DNA of 47,652 nt, taken from positions 1 to 47,652 of IMG/VR virus record IMGVR_UViG_3300012942_000064; one strand, written 5' to 3'. The position numbers and the translations under genes were made by a program. Of the stretch, positions 45,201 to 47,652 are shown one piece after another (position 1 is the stretch's first letter; each line of letters begins with the position of its first letter). The stretch comes from a virus. Lineage: Duplodnaviria > Caudoviricetes. Below the pieces are notes generated by a model. It had not been told where the DNA came from and searched no databases. It saw nothing but the letters and a program-made list of their open reading frames with translations.

Positions 45201-47342
45201 ATCCCGTCTCCAGGCGGTACTTCGGGGCAATGGGCGAAGATTGCTACGATCACTCGCGCATCGAACGGCTCGAACACGAACTACGAGATGCGGTTGACTT
45301 TCGTAATTACTAACGAAAATGCTGTTCGAAGTGGTATATATGAGTTCGATGTTAATATCCGTGGAGGCTCCACTGCAACATCATGGATTAGTAGCGCAAG
45401 TATTGTCCCAGTGTCTGCTCCTGGGCCTGCCTCTGCCTCTACTCTAACATTGATTGTTGACGATGATGCTAACTCTACAGGAACGTCGGGGGCCTTTGGC
45501 GCTTCTCTCTGGTGGCATTTACCCTATACCTACGTTGGTTGGAAAGTATACACTTCGAGTGTAAACTCCGCGGGAGCGCCTTATGTGGTGTCTTGGATTT
45601 CTTCTGCCGTATTGGCAGGAACTACTGACCCCGTAGCAGGCATCGGCGGCCTATCATATGGTTCCCTACGTCCTCAGTACAATCAGAAGAACTTCCTTCT
45701 TAGTGACGACGCTTTAGACGCGGCCAATCTTACGGGCACTGCTTCGGTCAGCACCACAGGCTCCGCCGCAACACTCACTACGGCTCGAACTATTCTAACT
45801 AATTTGGGATCAACTACTGCTGCATCCTTCAATGGATCAGCTAATGTAACACCAGGCATATCTGGAACGCTCACTGTGAACCACGGCGGTACCGGAGCAA
45901 CAACACTGGCCAGCGGAAACGTTCTCGTTGGAAATGGTACAAGCGCCATCACTGCCACCAAAGCAGCACCATCCGGAGCATTCGTCGGAACCACAGACAC
46001 CCAAACCCTGACGAATAAGACAATACAGAAGTCAGATGGCAACATTCTCTCCGGCTACACCGGCAGCATCCTGCTCGATAGCTCCGTGCCACTCACCAAG
46101 CTCGTCGCTGCGGGGCTTGACAACCTGATCGCCAATCCCGGTGCGGAACTTGACGCCATTGACCCCTCCACAGGGACAGCGAGCCGAATCTACCCGAACT
46201 ATGCAGCCGGAACCATCAGTGCCGTCACCACGGAGCATCGTGGTGGAAGCTATGCCTACCGAGTCACCGAGTCCACCACAGCCGGAACAGTACTGCTCTC
46301 CTACAACGGCAACCCGACCAACACAGACATTCACCCGATCTCTGGTGTCGGAGACGAATTCTACGGTGAAGCCTACATCAAAGCAGTCAGCGGAACCCAA
46401 GGCAGTCTATCCCTCCGTATTGCTGTCTACAATGCTTCCGGGTCCCTGGTTCAGAGTGACATCACCTCTGTAGAGCCCCGTACCCCTGATACATCCGGAT
46501 ATTCCCCGATCACCGTGTCGGGAGCCGTCACAGCTTCCGATGCGGCATACATTGTGCTCCAGGTCATCCAGTCCACCGCGTCGGGGTCCGGAGCCATCTT
46601 CTCCATCGATGACGCCTACCTGCGCCGCAAGGTGTCCGGAGAGACCATCATCAACGGATCACTCTCCGTCACCAAGCTGCAAGCCGGGGACATCATCACC
46701 GATGCGGAACATGGTACCACCACGAGCCCAATCTTCCAGACCACTTCAGAGGTGGATGCGGGTGTCCACATCGACTCGTATGCCATCACCTCCTATGATC
46801 AGGACGGTAACACCCTGCTATCGGTAGACAATGTTTCCGGTAATATGATCATTGCAGACGGTGCACTCAACGGCAGTGCTATCGACCTGTCCGATTCCTC
46901 CTTCATCACCAATCTCTCTGATGCAATCGGTAATAATACGGAGCTATGGACAAACTTCTACGCAGGAGCCGCCGAAACACTGATCGATACCCAGATTGAT
47001 GATCTAGTAGACTCTCACATCACCCCAATAGAGACTACACTCTCCGAACTTGCTACGGAAATCTCCAATGCGACAGGAACCACCGGAGATTCCGGTGTGG
47101 CAATCACCAATGCGGTAGAGTTCCACAGTGGACTGACCAATGACTATGGTGTGCTCACATATCAGAACGGTGTGCAAGTCCGTGATGGCAGCAACAATCC
47201 CATATTCTGGGTTGAACCCTCTTCGACTACGGGGGATGTGCGTCCTGCGATGAATAATGCCCATGTTCGATCCAAGTTGCGAATTGGAGATCACGAATTT
47301 ACGTATTCCAATGGCCACCTAACCGTCAATTATCTAGGGTAG
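42285..47342 (+). CDS. Tail fibre / receptor-binding protein
   Basis: GTG after GGAGGTGG; N-terminal short coil; VSSVNG.TG.V.L, GVATLDAGGKVP, AGTGLTGGGDL, TARTI..SFDG.AN and LP.ANGGTGA fibre repeats; CBM-like NLIANPGAE..IDDAYLR domain. Confidence 0.85.
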   Translation: MADTINKQLLDLTNRVSTLERSSKNTTASVSLSDSDISEHGPAITAAVSGDLRGVNSITSNGNMNLVTPGGQLLVNGTPIGSGGGGGAVSSVNGQTGDVVLTQDDVADGTTYKQYSATDKTKLAGIESGADVTDATNVAAAGAIMDADFTANGLMIRTASGTYLSRTLTGTANQITVTNGDGVSGNPTLSLPAIINVDTTGSAAKLTTARTIRTNLASTSTASFDGTANITPGVTGTLPIANGGTGATTAAGILTAAGLTATAAEINVLHSSGATNADLVALHDRGSANGVATLDAGGKVPVAQLPNSVMEYQGTWNASTNTPTLADGTGSPGDVYRVSVAGTQNLGSGSLIFTVGDYAIYNTAGVWEKADTTDAVSSVNGKIGVVVLTASDIGFTALDGTITATDTQTAISQVYNSRADKNRTISAGTGLTGGGDLTANRTISMPNVGTAGTYGSATSVPVFTTDAQGRITTVTGTTITGLPQSSITGLTTQLPASTTTAGQYLRSTGTAATAAWTTPGNIQANLASTTAANPLAGNIGVTGVLPVANGGTGVATIAGTGTAGKVLASTTSATAAAPSWRQLNAVEIINTPAGGVTSTDLQAAINELDAKKTSAGTMTFIEVSSSTAAGTAAKVGTTTGGSYVPAVGDIVHVTLTNSNSASSPTLAIDGGTARAIYLGSSAATNTESQGTSWFIRFNGTQWELFGALNNSTYSEISDANLQNATSSAVGTITGRRMEAEQAYEASVARTLTNKSIDGADNTLTNIPGYSIVGSIGVDTTGNAATATKLASARTISLTGDVSGSTSFDGSANVSITATVADNSHNHILANITDVTATAAEVNVLDGITASTTELNYTDGVTSNIQTQLNAKSADSTVVHLTGNETIAGTKTFSSTISGSVSGNAGTATKLATARTIQTNLSSTSSASFDGSANVSPGIKGTLPVSYGGTGATTQNEAAHAIGADLPGYLVSTIPSPGGTSGQWAKIATITRASNGSNTNYEMRLTFVITNENAVRSGIYEFDVNIRGGSTATSWISSASIVPVSAPGPASASTLTLIVDDDANSTGTSGAFGASLWWHLPYTYVGWKVYTSSVNSAGAPYVVSWISSAVLAGTTDPVAGIGGLSYGSLRPQYNQKNFLLSDDALDAANLTGTASVSTTGSAATLTTARTILTNLGSTTAASFNGSANVTPGISGTLTVNHGGTGATTLASGNVLVGNGTSAITATKAAPSGAFVGTTDTQTLTNKTIQKSDGNILSGYTGSILLDSSVPLTKLVAAGLDNLIANPGAELDAIDPSTGTASRIYPNYAAGTISAVTTEHRGGSYAYRVTESTTAGTVLLSYNGNPTNTDIHPISGVGDEFYGEAYIKAVSGTQGSLSLRIAVYNASGSLVQSDITSVEPRTPDTSGYSPITVSGAVTASDAAYIVLQVIQSTASGSGAIFSIDDAYLRRKVSGETIINGSLSVTKLQAGDIITDAEHGTTTSPIFQTTSEVDAGVHIDSYAITSYDQDGNTLLSVDNVSGNMIIADGALNGSAIDLSDSSFITNLSDAIGNNTELWTNFYAGAAETLIDTQIDDLVDSHITPIETTLSELATEISNATGTTGDSGVAITNAVEFHSGLTNDYGVLTYQNGVQVRDGSNNPIFWVEPSSTTGDVRPAMNNAHVRSKLRIGDHEFTYSNGHLTVNYLG

Positions 47343-47368
47343 AATACTAGAAGAGACATTGGAGTGAC

Positions 47369-47652
47369 ATGACGAGCCTGCCTACAACTCTTGTTGGAAG
47401 TCTGCCAACAACAGGTACATCTATGGATGCCCAGATCAGACTAGACTTGACTCTTGCCAGCCAGGGACGGGATGGAACCGGCCCTTATTCAGTAGTCAAT
47501 TGGAGTGAGTATATTTATGCAACGAACTCCAATGGATATCCATACAATGGTGGTAGTCCCGCGTGTTCGGCCAATGTCTATATCAACGGTAGCGGAGACC
47601 TCAACGGATGGACGGGAGGCTACAACTTCCCCTCCGGTCACGGAACGGGCTA
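47369..47652 (+). CDS. Probable minor tail protein, truncated by window end
   Basis: GGAG SD then ATG 47369; open frame MTSLPTTLVG..RLDLTLASQ..SVVNWSEYI..ANVYING to the end of the window. Confidence 0.6.
   Translation, partial: MTSLPTTLVGSLPTTGTSMDAQIRLDLTLASQGRDGTGPYSVVNWSEYIYATNSNGYPYNGGSPACSANVYINGSGDLNGWTGGYNFPSGHGTG

Noticed and set aside
42894-45905. Fibre repeats as a diversity-generating retroelement or invertible cassette
   Set aside because: Repeats diverge at synonymous positions rather than at adenines, are direct not inverted, and no reverse transcriptase or invertase is in the window

Overview
This window is the left arm of a large actinobacteriophage siphovirus genome, almost entirely on the + strand. 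It carries the virion module: a repeat-rich non-coding leader, terminase large subunit, small accessory genes (including a NADAR/YbiA hydrolase on the - strand), portal, a ~3.7 kaa multi-enzyme protein, a ~1.5 kaa prohead-protease fusion, Rosebush/cluster-B-type capsid hexamer and pentamer genes, major tail, connectors, tail assembly chaperones, tape measure and large tail-tip/fibre proteins. Four things stand out. (1) The giant head-module protein joins a GNAT, a duplicated unknown domain, an SF1 helicase, an HExxH metallopeptidase and a HipA/PI3-4-kinase-like domain, and it shares a Q-x-R-D-x-x-G-[RQ]-F tag with the protease fusion. (2) The tail-tip proteins are built from nested half-domains: one nest is split across two adjacent genes, with 5 unmatched N-halves in the first and 5 unmatched C-halves in the second. 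(3) A ~110-nt RNA rod closed by a perfect 16-bp inverted repeat buries the SD and AUG of the putative pentamer gene. (4) A recurrent hydrophobic-x-A-[SAGD]-[AG] motif marks domain borders in the head proteins. All family assignments come from motifs recognised by eye; no searches were run.
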